NCBI GenBank assembly: GCA_038087875.1 | Contig: CM075993.1 | Location: 9,550,001-9,614,000 of the forward strand | DNA length: 64,000 bases | Direction: 5' to 3' | From: Malacoraja senta | Lineage: Eukaryota | Made by a program: the position numbers and the translations under genes | Part shown: one piece after another, positions 47,100-61,380 of the stretch | Layout: each line of letters begins with the position of its first letter | Numbering within the stretch: the stretch's first letter is position 1 | Notes under the pieces: model-generated | What the model saw: only the letters and a program-made list of their open reading frames with translations | Told to the model about the DNA's origin: nothing | Databases searched by the model: none

Positions 47100-49790
47100 T
47101 GCAAGGGGGAGGGATTCAAATTTCTAGGGCATTGGAACCAGTTCTGGGGGAGGTGGGACCAGTACAAACAGGAGGGATAGACAGAAAGGAAAAGGAGGTA
47201 GGGTAGCATTGCTGGTTAGAGAGGAGATTAACGCAATAGAAAGGAAGGACATTAGCTTGGAGGATGTGGAATCGATATGGGTAGAGCTGCGAAACACTAA
47301 GGGGCAGAAAACGCTAGTGGGAGTTGTGTACAGGCCACCTAACAGTAGTAGTGGAATTGGTCTGCACCTGGGCTGGAATGGAACCAATGTCCTTGGGAGA
47401 GTGTTTGCTAGTGCTGTCGGGGAGGATTTAAACTAATGTGGCAGGGGGATGGGAGCATGAGCAGAGAGACAGAGGGGTGTAAAATGAGGGTAGAAACAAT
47501 AGGTAGCAAGGTGAAAAGTAAAAGTGGCAGGCAGACAAATCCAGGGCAAAAATCACAAAGGGCCACTTTTCAACATAATTGTATAAGGGGTAAGAGTGTT
47601 GTAAAAACAAGCCTGAAGGCTTTGTGTCTCAATGCAAGGAGCATTCGTAATAAGGTGGATGAGTTGAATGTGCAGATAATTATTAATGAATACGATATAG
47701 TTGGGATCACGGAGACATGGCTCCAGGGTGACCAAGGCTGGGAGCTGAACATCCAGGGATATTCAATATTCAGGAGGGATAGACAGAAAGGAAAAGGAGG
47801 TAGGGTAGTGTTGCTGGTTAGAGAGGAGATTAACGCAATAGAAAGGAAGGACATTAGCTTGGAGGATGTGGAATCGATATGGGTAGAGCTGCGAAACACT
47901 AAGGGGCAGAAAACGCTAGTGGGAGTTGTATACAGGCCACCTAACAATAGTAGTGGAGTTGGGGATGTCATCAAACAGGAAATTAGAAATGCGTGCAACA
48001 AAGGTAAAACAGTTATAATGGGTGACTTCAATCTACATATAGATTGGGTGAATCAAATTGGCAGGGGTGCTGAGGAAGAGGATTTCTTGGAATGTATGCG
48101 GGATAGTTTTCTAAACCAACATGTAGAGGAACCAACAAGAGAGCAGGCTATTCTAGACTGGGTATTGAGTAATGAGGAAGGGTTAGTTAGCAGTCTTGTT
48201 GTGCGTGGCCCCTTGGGCAAGAGTGACCATAATATGGTTGAGTTTCTTCATTAGGATGGAGAGTGACATAGTTAATTCAGAAACAAGGGTTCTGAACTTA
48301 CAGAAAGGTAACTTTGAGGGTATTAGACGTGAATTGGCCAAGATAGACTGGCAATTGATTCTTAAAGGGTTGACGGTGGATATGCAATGGAAGGCATTTA
48401 AAGTCCGCATGGATGAACTACAACAATTGTTCATCCCAGTTTGGCAAAAGAATAAATCAGGGAAGGTAGTGCATCCGTGGATAACAAGGGAAATCAGGGA
48501 TAGTATCAAAACAAAAGATGAAGCATACAAATTAGCCAGAAAAAGCAGCCTACCTAATAAGTAGTAGAGTGGATAAGGGAGAACCAGTGGATGTGTTATA
48601 TTTGGACTTTCAGAAGGCTTTTGACAAGGTCCCACATAAGAGATTAGTATGCAAACTTAAAGCCAATGGTATTGGGGGTTCAGTATTGATGTGGATAGAG
48701 AACTGGCTGGCAGACAGGAAGCAAAGAGTAGGAGTAAACGGGTCCTTTTCACAATGGCAGGCAGTGACTAGTGGGGTACCGCAAGGCTCAGTTCTGGGAA
48801 CCCAGCTATTTACAATATATATTAATGATTTGGATGAGGGAATTGAATGCAACATCTCCAAGTTTGCGGATGACACAAAGCTGGGGGGGCAGTGTTAGCT
48901 GTGAGGAGGATGCTAGGAGGCTGCAAGGTGACTTGGATAGGTTGGGTGAGTGGCCAAATGCATGGCAGATGCAGTATAATGTGGATAAATGTGAGGTTAT
49001 CCACTTTGGTGGCAAGAACAGGAAAGTAGACTATTATCTGAATGGTGGCCGATTAGGAAAAGGGGAGATGCAACGAGACCTGGGTGTCATGGTACACCAG
49101 TCATTGAAAGTAGGCATGCAGGTGCAGCAGGCAGTGAAGAAAGCGAATGGTATGTTAGCATTCATAGCAAAAGGATTTGAGTATAAGAGCAGGGAGGTTC
49201 TACTGCAGTTGTACAGGGCCTTGGTGAGACCACACCTGGAGAATTGCGTACAGTTTTGGTCTCCTAATCTGAGGAAAGACATTCTTTCCATAGAGGGAGT
49301 ACAGAGAAGGTTCACCATACTGATTCCTGGGATGGCAGGACTTTCATATGAAGGATAGACTCGGCTTGTACTCGCTAGAATTTAGAAGATTGAGGGGGGA
49401 TCTTATAGAAACTTACAAAATTCTTAAGGGGTTGGACAGGCTAGATGCAGGAAGATTGTTCCCGATGTTGGGGAAGTCCAGAACAAGGGGTCACAGTTTA
49501 AGGATAAAGGGGAAATCTTTTAGGACCGAGATGAGAAAAAAAAATTCACACAGAGAGTGGTTAGTCTATGGAATTCTCTGCCACAGAAAGTAGTTGAGGC
49601 CAGTTCATTGGCTATATTTAAGAGGGAGTTACATGTGGCCTATGTGGCTAAAGGGATCAGGGGGTATGGAGAGAAGGCAGGTACAGGATACTGAGTTGGA
49701 TGATCAGCCATGATCATATTGAATGGCGGTGCAGGCTCGAAGGGCCGAATGGCCTACTCCTGCACCTATGTTTCTATGTTTCTATGTTTC
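47100..49790 (+). mobile_element. CR1 LINE with ORF1 end, APE endonuclease and RT; internal deletion near 48555
   Basis: LNARSIRNK, GITETWL, VYRPP, MGDFN, ILDWVL, SDHN; RT motifs with frameshifts; (ttctatgt)n tail. Confidence 0.93.
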
Positions 49791-49819
49791 TATCACATTA
49801 CATTGAAGGCCACTTTGTT

Positions 49820-50745
49820 CAAGTCAAGTTTATTTGTCACATACACATACGAGATGTGCAGTGAAATGAAAAGTGGCAATGCTTGCGGATTGTGCAAAAA
49901 AACCCTACCAAACAGAATAGAACAGAATCAGTAATTACTTATTTATGAGAAAAAAACAGCAATTTTAAAAAGACACCACACAACAGTAAATTGGTTCAGT
50001 AAGTTAGTCCCTGGTGAGATAAGAATTTACAGTCCTAATGGCCTCTGGGAAGAAACTCCTTCTCATCCTCTCTGTTTTCACAGCATGGCAATGGAGGCGT
50101 TTGCCTGGCCGTAGCAGCTGGAACAGTCTGTTGTTGGGGTGGAAGGGGTCCCCCATAATGTTGCTGGCTCTGGATCTGCACCTTCTGATGTATAGTTCCT
50201 GCAGGGGGGCGAGTGTAGTTCCCATAGTGCGTTCGGCCGAAAGTACTACTCTCTGCAGAGCCTTCTTGTCCTGGGCAGAGCAGTTCCCAAACCAGATTGT
50301 GATGTTGCCGGACAAGGTGCTTTGTACAGCCGCTGAGTAGAAGCACTGGAGGATCCTCAGAGACACTCTGAATTTCCTCAGCTGCCTGAGGTGGTAAAGG
50401 TGCTGCCTTGCCTTACTCACCAGTGCGGCAGTTTGTGTGATGTCCATGTCAGATCATTTAAAGCAGCTCACCCTATCCACAGTATCCCCATTTATCTTCA
50501 GTGGCGTGTAAGTCCTCGGATGTTGTGCCCTCCTAAAGTCCACGATCAGCTCCTTAGTTTTTTTGACATTCAAGAGGAGGCTATTGTCCTGACACCAGGG
50601 TGCCAGATCAGCCATCTCTTCCCGGTAGGCCTTCTCATTATTTTCGGTGATCAGGCCCACCACCATAGTGTCATCAGCAAACTTGATTATAGAGTTGGAG
50701 CTGAACCTAGCCACACAGTCATGTGTGTACAGGGAGTACAGTAGG
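49820..50745 (-). mobile_element. Rex/Babar LINE (RT and C-terminus)
   Basis: LYSLYTHDCVA...IIKFADDTMVVGLI...LLLNVKKTKELIVDFR...RRSFFPEAI. Confidence 0.88.
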
Positions 50746-51019
50746 AAGATGGGAAGATGGAGGATGTTGACCAACACGTTCTAGGACAGGATATACATTT
50801 GAACGTATCTCAAACGCTTTCCCTTGAGGTGAAGATAAATAGTGCTGGCTACCTATGTACAATGGGCTGATGAGTTAAAGGGAGACAAACTGCTGGGTTG
50901 AAATGCAATGGATCCAGTTATCTATCATGATGATGGACTGGATGGTTACAGCACAGAAGGGGGCCATTTTGCTCGTCTCATCCCTACTAGAGCAACCTTT
51001 TAGTTCCATACAATGGCTC

Positions 51020-51640
51020 TTTAGTTTAGTTTAGTTTAGTTTATTGCCACACATATCAAGGTACGGTGAAAAGGTTTTGTTCCGTGCTAACCAGTCAGTG
51101 GAAAGACAATACATGATTACAATCGTGCCATTTACAGTGTACAGATAGATGATACAAGGAATAACGTTTAGCGCAAGCTAAAGTCAAGTAAAGTCCAATC
51201 AAAGATAGTCCGAGGGTCTCCAATGAGGTAGATAGTAGCTCAGGACTGCTCTCTAGTTGTTGGTAGGATAGTTGAGTTGCCTGATAACTGGCCCTGAATC
51301 TGGAGGTGTGAGTTTTCACACTTTTATACCTTTTGCCCGATGATAGAGGGGGGATGTGAGAGTGGCCGGGGTGCGACTTGTCCTTGATTATGCTGGTGGT
51401 CTTGCCGAGACAGCTTGGGGTGTAAATAGAGTGAATGGAAGGGAGGTTGGTTTGTGTGATGGCCTGGGCTGTGCCCACAATTCTCTGCAATTTCTTGCCG
51501 TATTGGATGGAGCTGTTCCCAATCCATGCTGTGATGCATCCCGATAAAATGCTTTCTGCAGCACCTCTGTAGTTGGTGAGAGTTGTTGGGGACATGTCGA
51601 ACTTCCTAAGCCTTCTAAGGAAGAAGAGGTGCTTTTTCCG
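51020..51640 (-). mobile_element. Rex/Babar LINE 3' part
   Basis: LFFLRRLRKF...ESILSGCITAW.GN...SGKRYKSVKT; (tttag)n tail. Confidence 0.8.
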
Positions 51641-52569
51641 TAGCCTCACAAATATGGCGACTTCCCTCGAAGAACATAAAAGAGCCACATGTTCCTGACT
51701 CCAATCAAATGCTGCAATTTTTTTTATCCATGTGCCTCTTAATTCTCTTCCTCTTTCCTTTGAAACTCTAGTCCTTGCCCCTTACTAAAAGTAATGCTCT
51801 TTCTTATCAAAAGTAGTGCTGATCCTTATCAACATTTGTCAAAGCTCCCCTCAGTTTTCTCTTCTCCATAGAAAACAGTCCAGCCCCTGTATTCTATCCT
51901 TGTAACTAGACCCTCAACTTAGGAATCATTGTTGTAAATCATCTCTGGACTTCTCCCTAACTTCTTACCAACTTCTTATTGTGACCAGAATTGAACACAT
52001 TACTCTGGTTGAGGCCAGCTGCGTTTATACTTCTGCTTTTCTGCTTTTATACGCTGCCTTTTTTGATGAAGCCCAGATTTTTACCCCCTGTCCTCCTGCC
52101 CAGCTAATTTCAGTGACATACGCCATGATACTCACTCCAGCACTTTGTGTCCTTTGGTGTATTAACCAGAATCTGCTGTTCCTGCTTTCCGCAAGAGAAC
52201 ATGCAAATCCAATACAGTTACAGTATTACAGGAGGCAGGCAGCACCACGACTTCTGTGCCACTTTACATAAACATACACCAGTACAACACAGGAACAGGC
52301 TTCTGATTTTTACCTTGAATGGATCATACTGCAAGCAATACCCTTTTCTATCCATGTGCGTGGCAAATATTTTTGGATCGCATTAACATTCACAGCTAAT
52401 CTTTCATTTCTCATATTAATTTTACTTCCCCTCTGACTCTTCTATACAGAATCTGGTGTTTGCAACCCGACATTTGTCACAACTAATTAGCCTTTTCTCC
52501 CAACTCTGGCGGGGAGCAAGTACCACTGACTGTGGGCATGGATTGGATTGACTGAGGTGGTGTTTACTT

Positions 52570-52922
52570 TAGTTTAGTTTAGAAATAGAGAGTGCGGAAA
52601 CAGGCCCTTCGGCCCTCCGAGTCCTTGCCGACTGGCGATCCCCGCATACTTACATTGTCCGACATGTCTTTGGAGTGTGGGAGGAAACCGGAGATCCCGG
52701 AGAAAACCCATGCAGGTCACGGGGAGAACGTACAAACTCCGTACAGACAAGATCATCCTTCAGCCTCCTGTGTTGATGTCCTTGCCAGCCAAATCTCTCT
52801 CTATAACTCAGGCCCTCCAGTCCTGGCAACACCCTTATATTTCAGAGATATATTTCCAAGGGTAGGATTGAACCCGGGTGCTGTGAGGCAGCAGCTCTAC
52901 CAGTTGCGCTATTGTGCCGCCC
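52570..52922 (-). mobile_element. HE1-type SINE, interrupted
   Basis: ggagaacgtacaaactccgtacagac; head at ~52870-52922. Confidence 0.7.
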
Positions 52923-52981
52923 TTTTTAAGACTATTTCCCTGGAGCGATGGACGCTGTGGGGTGACTTTATAGAAGTGTGT

Positions 52982-53181
52982 NNNNNNNNNNNNNNNNNNN
53001 NNNNNNNNNNNNNNNNNNNNNNNNNNNNNNNNNNNNNNNNNNNNNNNNNNNNNNNNNNNNNNNNNNNNNNNNNNNNNNNNNNNNNNNNNNNNNNNNNNNN
53101 NNNNNNNNNNNNNNNNNNNNNNNNNNNNNNNNNNNNNNNNNNNNNNNNNNNNNNNNNNNNNNNNNNNNNNNNNNNNNNNNN
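52982..53181. other. Assembly gap (200 N)
   Basis: Run of N. Confidence 1.
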
Positions 53182-53537
53182 GCCATGTTTTCATGTTGTA
53201 TAATTCTATCAATCTGAATCCACAAATGTCAGGCCGTGACCCAAGCTCTCCTTGTCTGTCAAACCTTCCATCCCAGGACTCAGGCTGGTGAACCCTGCCT
53301 GCATTTTCTCCAGAGCAAGAACATCTTTCCTCAGATACGGAGAGCAAAATTGCACACAGTACTCAAAGCAGCTCTCACCAAGGCCCTGTGCCTGTACTCA
53401 AGTGGTCTCAGTATGAAGGCCAGTGTACAGTTTATCTCTTTATTCACCCGCTGCATGTGTGCATCTTAAGCAACTAATGCAAAAGCACAACCAAGTCTTG
53501 TTGCACCTCACATTTCTTAATCATTTAGATATTATAA

Positions 53538-55225
53538 ACAATAGACAATAGACAATAGGTGCAGGAGTAGGCCATTTGGCCCTTTGAGCCAGCACCGCCA
53601 TTGAATGTGATCCTGGCTGATCATCCCCAATCAGTACCGCGTTCCTGCCTTCTCCCCATATCCCCTGACTCCGCTATTTTTAAGAGCCCTATCTAGCTCT
53701 CTCTTGAAAGCATCCAGAGAACCTGCCTCCACCGCCCTCTGACGCAGAGAATTCCACAGACTCACCACTCTCTGTGAGAAAAAGTGTTTCCTCATCTCCG
53801 TTCTAAATGGCTTACTCCTTATTCTTAAACTGTGGCCCCTGGTTCTGGTCTCCCCCAACATCGGGAACATGTTTCCTGCCTCTAGCATGTCCAAGCCCTT
53901 AACAATCTTATATGTTTCAATGAGATCTCCGCTCATCCTTCTAAACTCCAGAGTGTACAAGCCCAGCTGCTCCATTCTCTCAGCATATGGCAGTCCCGCC
54001 ATCCCGGGAATTAACCTTGTAAACCTACGCTGCACTCCCTCAATAGCAAGAATGTCCTTCCTCAAATTAGGGGACCAAATCTGCACACAATACTCCAGGT
54101 GTGGTCTCACTAGGGCTCTGTACAACTGCAGAAGGACCTCTTTGCTCCTATATTTGATTCCTCTTGTTATAAAGGCCAACATGTCATTCGCTTTTTTCAC
54201 TGCCTGCTGTACCTGCATGCTTACTTTCATAGACTGATGTACAAGGACCCCCAGATCCCGTTGTACTTCCCCTTTTCCCAACTTGAGGCCATTTAGATAG
54301 TAATCTGCCTTCCTGTTTTTGCTACCAAAGTGGATAACCTCACATTTATCCGCATTAAACTTCATCTGCCATGCATCTGCCCACTCCCCCAACCTGTCCA
54401 AGTCACCCTGCATTCTCATAGCATCCTCCTCACAGTTCACACTGCCACCCAGCTTTGTGTCATCTGCAAATTTGCTAATGTTACTTTGAATCCCTTCATC
54501 CAAATCATTGATGTATATTGTAAATAGCTGCGGTCCCAGCACCGAGCCTTGCAGTACCCCACTAGTCACTGCCTGCCATTCTGAAAGGGACCCGTTAATC
54601 CTTACTCTTTGTTTCCTGTCTGCCAACCACTTCTCTATCCATGTCAGCACTCTACCCCCAATACCATGTGCCCTAATTTTGCCCACTAATCTCCTGTGGG
54701 ACCTTATCAAATGCTTTCTGAAAGTCCAGGTACACTACATCCACTGGCTCTCCCTTGTCCATTTTCCGAGTTACATCTTCAAAAAATTCCAGAAGATTAG
54801 TCAAGCATGATTTCCCCTTTGTAAATGCTGACTCGGACCGATCCTGTTACTGTAATCCAAATGTCCGGCTCTCATCTTTTATAATTGACTCCAGCATCTT
54901 CCCCACCATCGATGTCAGGCTAACTGGTCTATAATTCCCCATTTTCTCTCTCCCGCCTTTCTTAAAAAGTGGGATAACATTAGCTACCCTCCAATCCACA
55001 GGAACTGATCCTGAGTCTATAGAACATTGGAAAATTATCACTAATGCATCCACGATTTCTAGAGCCACTTGCTTAAGTACCCTGGGATGCAGACCATCAG
55101 GCTCTGGGGATATATCAGCCTTCAGTCCCATCAGTCTATCCAACACCATTTCCTGCCTAATCTGGATTTCCTTCAGTTCCTCTGTCACCCCAGATCCTCT
55201 GGCCACTACTATATCAGGAAGATTT
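53538..55225 (-). mobile_element. CR1 LINE, same subfamily as 12131-15186
   Basis: ORFs 54847-55272 and 53631-54710 carry RT motifs; (acaatag)n tail at 53538-53558. Confidence 0.93.
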
Positions 55226-55394
55226 TTTCTGTCCTCCATAAACCTTGCTTCTTCATATTGGCCCATGAACAATAATATACAATACTCAGTCCAGGATGGC
55301 CTGCACTCCAGATTAGTTCCTCAATATATTGGTCCATAAAACAATCCTAAATACATTCCAAGAATTCCTTCTTCACGGTATAGCATCAAAGTTC

Positions 55395-56010
55395 ATAATC
55401 ATAATTATAATCATAATTTATTAGCCAAGTGTATTTTGCAACATACGAGGAATTTGGTTTGCCATACAGTCAAAACAAAAAAGCAACAAGACACACAACT
55501 ACATAAAAATTTGATATAAACATCCACCACAGCAGCTCCTCCACATTCCCCAATGTGATGGAAGCATTAAAGTCTTATCTTCTTTCCTCCTTTCCTCCCG
55601 CGGTCGGGGGAGTCGAACCTTCCGCAGCCGGCGATCGAGCTCCCACGTCGGGGCGGTCTAAGCTCCAGCATTGTGACAGTCGAAACACCTGCGGCTTGGA
55701 GTTCCTGAAATCGGTCCCTCGCCAGGGACAGCGAGCTTCATGATGTTAAAGTCCGCAGGCTCCCGCAGGTTGGAGCTCTAGAAGTCCCAGCAAGAGGCCG
55801 CCAACTCCACGATGTTAGGCCGCAGTGCAGACGGAGATACAACACGGAAAACTTCGCATCTCCATCGAGGAAAGAGATAAAAAAAGTTGCCACCACCCCC
55901 CACAAATACAAAAACTAAAGATAAGCTAAAACATACATTTTACAATAAACTAAAAACACAAAGAATGAAAAAGACAAAGACAGACCGTTTGCGAGGCAGC
56001 CATCGTGCAA
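55395..56010 (-). mobile_element. GC-rich interspersed repeat, family of 5135-5850
   Basis: Same ttattagccaagt...ttttgcaacata.gaggaatttg tail and gatgttaggccgcagt as 5135-5850 and 41420-42095. Confidence 0.65.
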
Positions 56011-56018
56011 GTTGATCC

Positions 56019-56300
56019 GTGGGACATGCCAGCGCCCGCCGGGGGCTCCCCGTTGAAACATTAGGACCTGGAGCGGGGCCGTACATCGCCCGGCGTGGCC
56101 TTAACGGCCGTGGGACTTACCATTGCCCGCCTGGGGGCTTTAATGGAACACAGGGGAGAGAAAAGACTTTGCCTTCCATCACAGTGAGGAGGAGATTCAC
56201 TGTGATGGATGTTTGTGTGAATTGAATTGTTTGTGTTTCTTGTAGGAATTGTTTATTTTTGTATGGCTGTAGAAACAGAGTGTCGTTTGAGCCTCATTAA
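56019..56300 (+). mobile_element. GC-rich repeat fragment, family of 27900-28180
   Basis: Shared motifs; ccatcacagtgagga...cactgtgatggatg hairpin. Confidence 0.55.
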
Positions 56301-56304
56301 GGTC

Positions 56305-59300
56305 CATTCTTCATATACTTCGAAATCTAGAGGTACGTCAATCATTATTCGAAAAGGTATACCATTCAAAGCAAAGAATACCATAACAGATAAGGAAGGG
56401 AGATATTTGATAGTTACCGGAGAGATTCACGCTACTCCAATTACCTTGGTAAATATATACGCGCCTAACTTTGATAATCCTCATTTTTTCAATAAAATGC
56501 TGAACATAATCGCAGAATCTAATTACCAAAATGTTATAATAGGAGGAGACTTTAACTGTGTTTTAGATCCGTATTTAGATAAATCTAGCCAAAAACAGAG
56601 AGGTAATACGAAATCTAAAACTAGTGAACTCTTAAATACTTACATAAATAATACCAATATAACAGATGTTTGGAGAATTGCTAATCCGACTGGCAGGGAA
56701 TACTCGTTTTATTCAATGGTACACAAAACATACTCACGTATAGATTATTTCCTGGTGGATACAAAATTAATCCCTTACACTGTGAACCCAATATACCATA
56801 CCAACTCGATTTCAGACCATTCACCGCTAACTTTCTTTTTAAAACTGGGAAGAATGTCTAAGAACAAATCGTTTTGGAGGTTTAATCCTCAAATCCTAAA
56901 AGACCCGCAAGGAAGTATATATCTAAAAAAACAAATGGACGTCTTTTTTGAAATAAATGACACTCCAGATATATCGCCTACTTTACTATGGGAATCTTTT
57001 AAAGCATTTATTAGAGGTGTTATAATCTCATACCAAGCTTTTCAAAATAAAAAGAATAAGACAGTTAGAAGAACAAATTAGGCAACTGGATATAGATAAT
57101 GCTAAAGATCCATCTATGGATAGACATAATAAAATAATAATTCTGAAATTTAAATTAAATAAATTATTATCAGCCAAACTTATAAGACTTTTCCAAATTA
57201 CAAGACAGGAACACTTTGAATTTGGGGATAAACCACATAAACCTTTGGCTCGTCAGATAAAAAAACGAGAAAAAGAACACACGATTCAAAAGATTAAATC
57301 AGATAGAGGGGAATCATTAACTTTACCGAATGATGTTAATAAAAGATTTGCGCAATTTTATGAGAATTTGTACACATCCAAAACGACAATGGACACCAAT
57401 AAAATTACAGAGTTCTTGGATAACTGTAATCTTCTAAAGTTAGTTGAAGGAACAAGAGGAATTGGGTGCACAAATTTCAATTAAGGAATTAGAAGACACA
57501 ATAAATTCATTAAAGAATGGAAAAACTCCAGGTCCTGACGGATTTAATAATGAATTTTATAAAAGTTTTCATGACAAAATTATACCACGTTTACAAAAAA
57601 TGTATCAATATGCCTTTAAAGAACAAATATTACCTGATACATTAGCTGAATCAACGATCAAATTAAGACTCAAAAAAGACAAAGATATAGAAGAACTGGG
57701 TTCATATAGAGCTATAGCATTGTTAAATACAGATCAAAAAATATTAGCGAAAACATTAGCTAGAAGATTAAGTAAATATATTAGTAAATTAATAAACCCA
57801 GATCAAACGGGGTTTATCCCTAAGAGACATTCATCTAATAATATGAGACGGCTACTCAATATAATGCACTCACACAAAACCGAAGAACAAGAATTATCAA
57901 TTATTTCGTTGGACGCTGAAAAAGCATTTGATCAAGTAGAATGGAATTATATGGATAAAGTATTACAAAAATTCCAATTGGGAGAGAATTTCATTTATGG
58001 ATTAAATTATTATATAATAAGCCTACAGCTAGAATATTAACTAATAACATATTATCTTCGAAATTCCAATTATCAAGGGGTAACAGACAAGGATGCTCAT
58101 TGTCACCGCTGTTATTTGCTCTTATAATTGAACCTTTAGCGGAAAAAATTAGAATACATCCAGATATCCATGGCTATAACACTAAATATTCAAATAATAA
58201 AATATCTTTATACGCGGATGATATATTATTGTACATCACAAAACCTCAAATTACTATACCAAACATATTAAATCTAATTGAGGATTTTGGATCCTTTTCT
58301 GGATACAGAATAAATTGGAATAAAAGTGAAATTATGTCAATAAAACCGAAAGACTCAACACATCTCTTAAAATTCCCTTTTAAAATAGCTACAGAAAAAT
58401 GTAAATACTTGGGTATTGAAATTACCAGAACATATCAAGGCATGTTCAAAGCAAATTATAATCCTCTACTTAATAAATTAAATACATTAATTAAATTCTG
58501 GAAAACGCTTCCGATGTCTTTAATAGGCCGAATAAATGCAATAAAAATGATCTTTTTACCACAAATTCTATACCTATTTCAATCAATTCCTATATATTTA
58601 CCAAAGAAGTTTATAAAAAAATTGGATTCAGACATTACTAATTTTATATGGGATTATAAATCCCATAGAATACAAAGAACACATTTGAACAAACCTAAAG
58701 TATTAGGGGGCTTAGCACTCCCTAACGTTATGTACTATTATTGGTCAGTAAATATTAAAAATATGATTCAACTGATGGACAACTCTGCCCAGCAGGTGGA
58801 CTGGATTATAATGGAGAGAGAAGACAGCTCCTCTTGTAATATTGGAGCGATCCTCCTCTCACCAATGAAATTGAATAATATAAATTATAACAAAAAAACA
58901 ATTATACATAGTACAATTAGAACTTGGAAACAAATAAAACAAAATTTAAAATTAAGAAATCTATTGCTTTTATCCCCAAAAGTTAATAACCCTTCGTTTA
59001 AACCCTCCATTATAGACAAATCATTTATACAATGGGAAAGATTAGGAATTAAAATGCTCGGAGACTTGTATGAAACTGGAAAATTACTATCATTCCAACA
59101 ATTACAAATAAAATATAATCTGGGAAACAATCAATACTTTAAATATTTTCAAATATGTGATTATCTGAAAAAATATACAAAAGATCATTATAACATGTCA
59201 CCAGATGTACTGGACGAAGCAATGCAGATAAAAGCCGAATCAGCAAACTTAATATCTTATTTGTATAATATTATCTTAAATGTAGAAATACCAACTACGG

Positions 59301-60438
59301 AAGGTATTAGAAGAGACTGGGAATAAGAATTAGCTATTAAAATTTAAAAGGAGAGGTGGAATGAACATTTATTGAATGTGCAAAAATGCTCCATTAATGT
59401 AAGACACACTTTAATACAATTCAAAATTTTACACAGATTATATTATTCAAAAACCAAAATTAATAAAAATTTCCCCAATGTATCACCTATTTGCGATAAA
59501 TGTCAGTCTCAAGAAGCGCACTCATTTGTTTTTTGTACAAAAATTCAAAAATTTTGGATTGAAATTTTTGAAATCTTTACAAAATTATTTAAAATAAAAC
59601 TGACACCAAAAGCAGAATGGATTGTCTTCGGAACAATGGAAGATAGCCCTGAACTAAATGTGTTTCAAAAGAACCTATTTGATTACGGGTTAATAACTGG
59701 AAAAAAGCTTAAAACATTGTGTTTTTGATTTTTTTGTCTTTGGATCGAATTCCATCTTTAATTTGTGTATTGGTGATGTCTTTATTATTTATTTTACTCC
59801 GATTATATGTTTTTTTACTTGTTAAATTTTGTACGGTGTCCTTGAGACTCTTGAAAGGCGCCCATAAATAAAATTATTATTATTATTTTTATTATCCTAA
59901 AATTTTGGAAAAATGCTCCAATACCAACTATAAACATGTGGATTTCAAACATGTTTGAAACATTACACCTGGAAGAGATAAGACTCCTCCTGGCAGGCAA
60001 ATCAGATCACTTCCATCTGACGTGGTCTTCATTTAGAGAACTATTACAAGCATTAGGTGTAAAAGTACTTTAAAAAGGTACCGATGTCAGGACTTGGTAA
60101 ATGGGGATGAAAGGTGGCGAGTTGGTATATCCCATTTGCGTGATGCTCATAATAGAGTACTTGTTTTTCTCTCTTCTCTTCTTTCTCTTTTTTTCTTCTT
60201 TAGGGTCTATCTCTTCTCTCTAATTTCTCTTCTACAGGGTCTCTGTTCTTTCCTGTTGACACGTTTTTACACTTTCACTATTTTCCTTCACTTTCTCTTT
60301 TTTCTTAATTTCAACCTTTTCTTTCTATTAGCTTTAAAAAATGAAGGAGTACATTTATTGTAATAAGATATACGTGATGAGTACTAATGTAATTTTTTGT
60401 AATTTAATGTACTTCTAATAAATAAAATTAAAAAAAAA
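56305..60438 (+). mobile_element. 5'-truncated L1 LINE (ORF2 EN-RT-Cys domain, frameshifted) with 3' UTR and poly(A)
   Basis: NIYAPN, IGGDFN, YSRIDYF, ISDHSPL, KTPGPDGF, SLDAEKAFD, LYADD, CDKC; T-rich 3' UTR; aataaa plus A run at 60417-60438. Confidence 0.95.
59711..59893 (+). mobile_element. L2-type 3' tail inserted in the L1
   Basis: Interrupts GLITGKKL|ILKFWK; ends gtccttgag...gaaaggcgcccataaataaa(tta)n. Confidence 0.6.
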
Positions 60439-60520
60439 TTTTTTTTAAAAGGTTCAAATGAAATGGAATAAATATTGTATATTGTATTGGTTACATTTTT
60501 ACCCTTATATTCGAGCCTAC

Positions 60521-61127
60521 ACCGCCATTCAATATGATCATGAGTGATCATCCAACTCAGTATCCTGTACCTGCCTCTCCATACCCCCTGATCCCTTTAG
60601 CCACAAGGGCCACATCTAACTCCCTCTTAAATATAGCCAATGAACTGGCCTCAACTACCTTCTGTGGCAGAGAATTCCACAGATTCACCACTCTCTGTGT
60701 AAAAAAATATTTTCTCATCTCAGTCCTAAAAGACTTCCCCCTTATCCTTAAACTGTGGCCCCTTGTTCTGGACTTCCCCAACATCGGGAATAATCTTCCT
60801 CCATCTAGCCTGTCCAACCCCTTAAGAATTTTGTACGTTTCTATAAGATCCCCCCTCAATCTTCTAAATTCTAACGAGTACAAGCCGAGTCTATCCAGTC
60901 TTTCTTCATATGAAAGTCCTGCCATCCCAGGAATCAGTCTGGTGAACCTTCTCTGTACTCCCTCTATGGCAAGAATGTCTTTCCTCAGATTAAGAGACCA
61001 AAACTGTACGCAATACTCCAGGTGTGGTCTCACCAAGACCCTGTACAACTGCAGTAGAACCTCCCTGCTCTTATACTCAAATCCTCTTGCTATGAATGCG
61101 AACATACCATTCGCTTTCTTCACTGCC
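60521..61127 (-). mobile_element. CR1 3' fragment
   Basis: KKANGMFAFIARGFEYKSREV...GIRGYGE, same subfamily as 49130-49700. Confidence 0.9.
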
Positions 61128-61380
61128 TATTTATTATTTCATACATCTCTAATTTCCCACTTAATGTCATTACTACTACTTTTTTGGGATCTGTATTTAA
61201 CTTCCAGTAACATTCTGTATTTCTTGGTTTAACCCATCCATATTCAGAGCGACAAATCACATTCAGAGTTGCACTAATCTCCTCTTTAATCAACAATAGC
61301 AGCTCACCTTCCATTCCAGAACATCTGCCCTTCCCACTGATCTGAATAATCTTTCTGCCAATGTTGCCTTTTTTTTCTAG

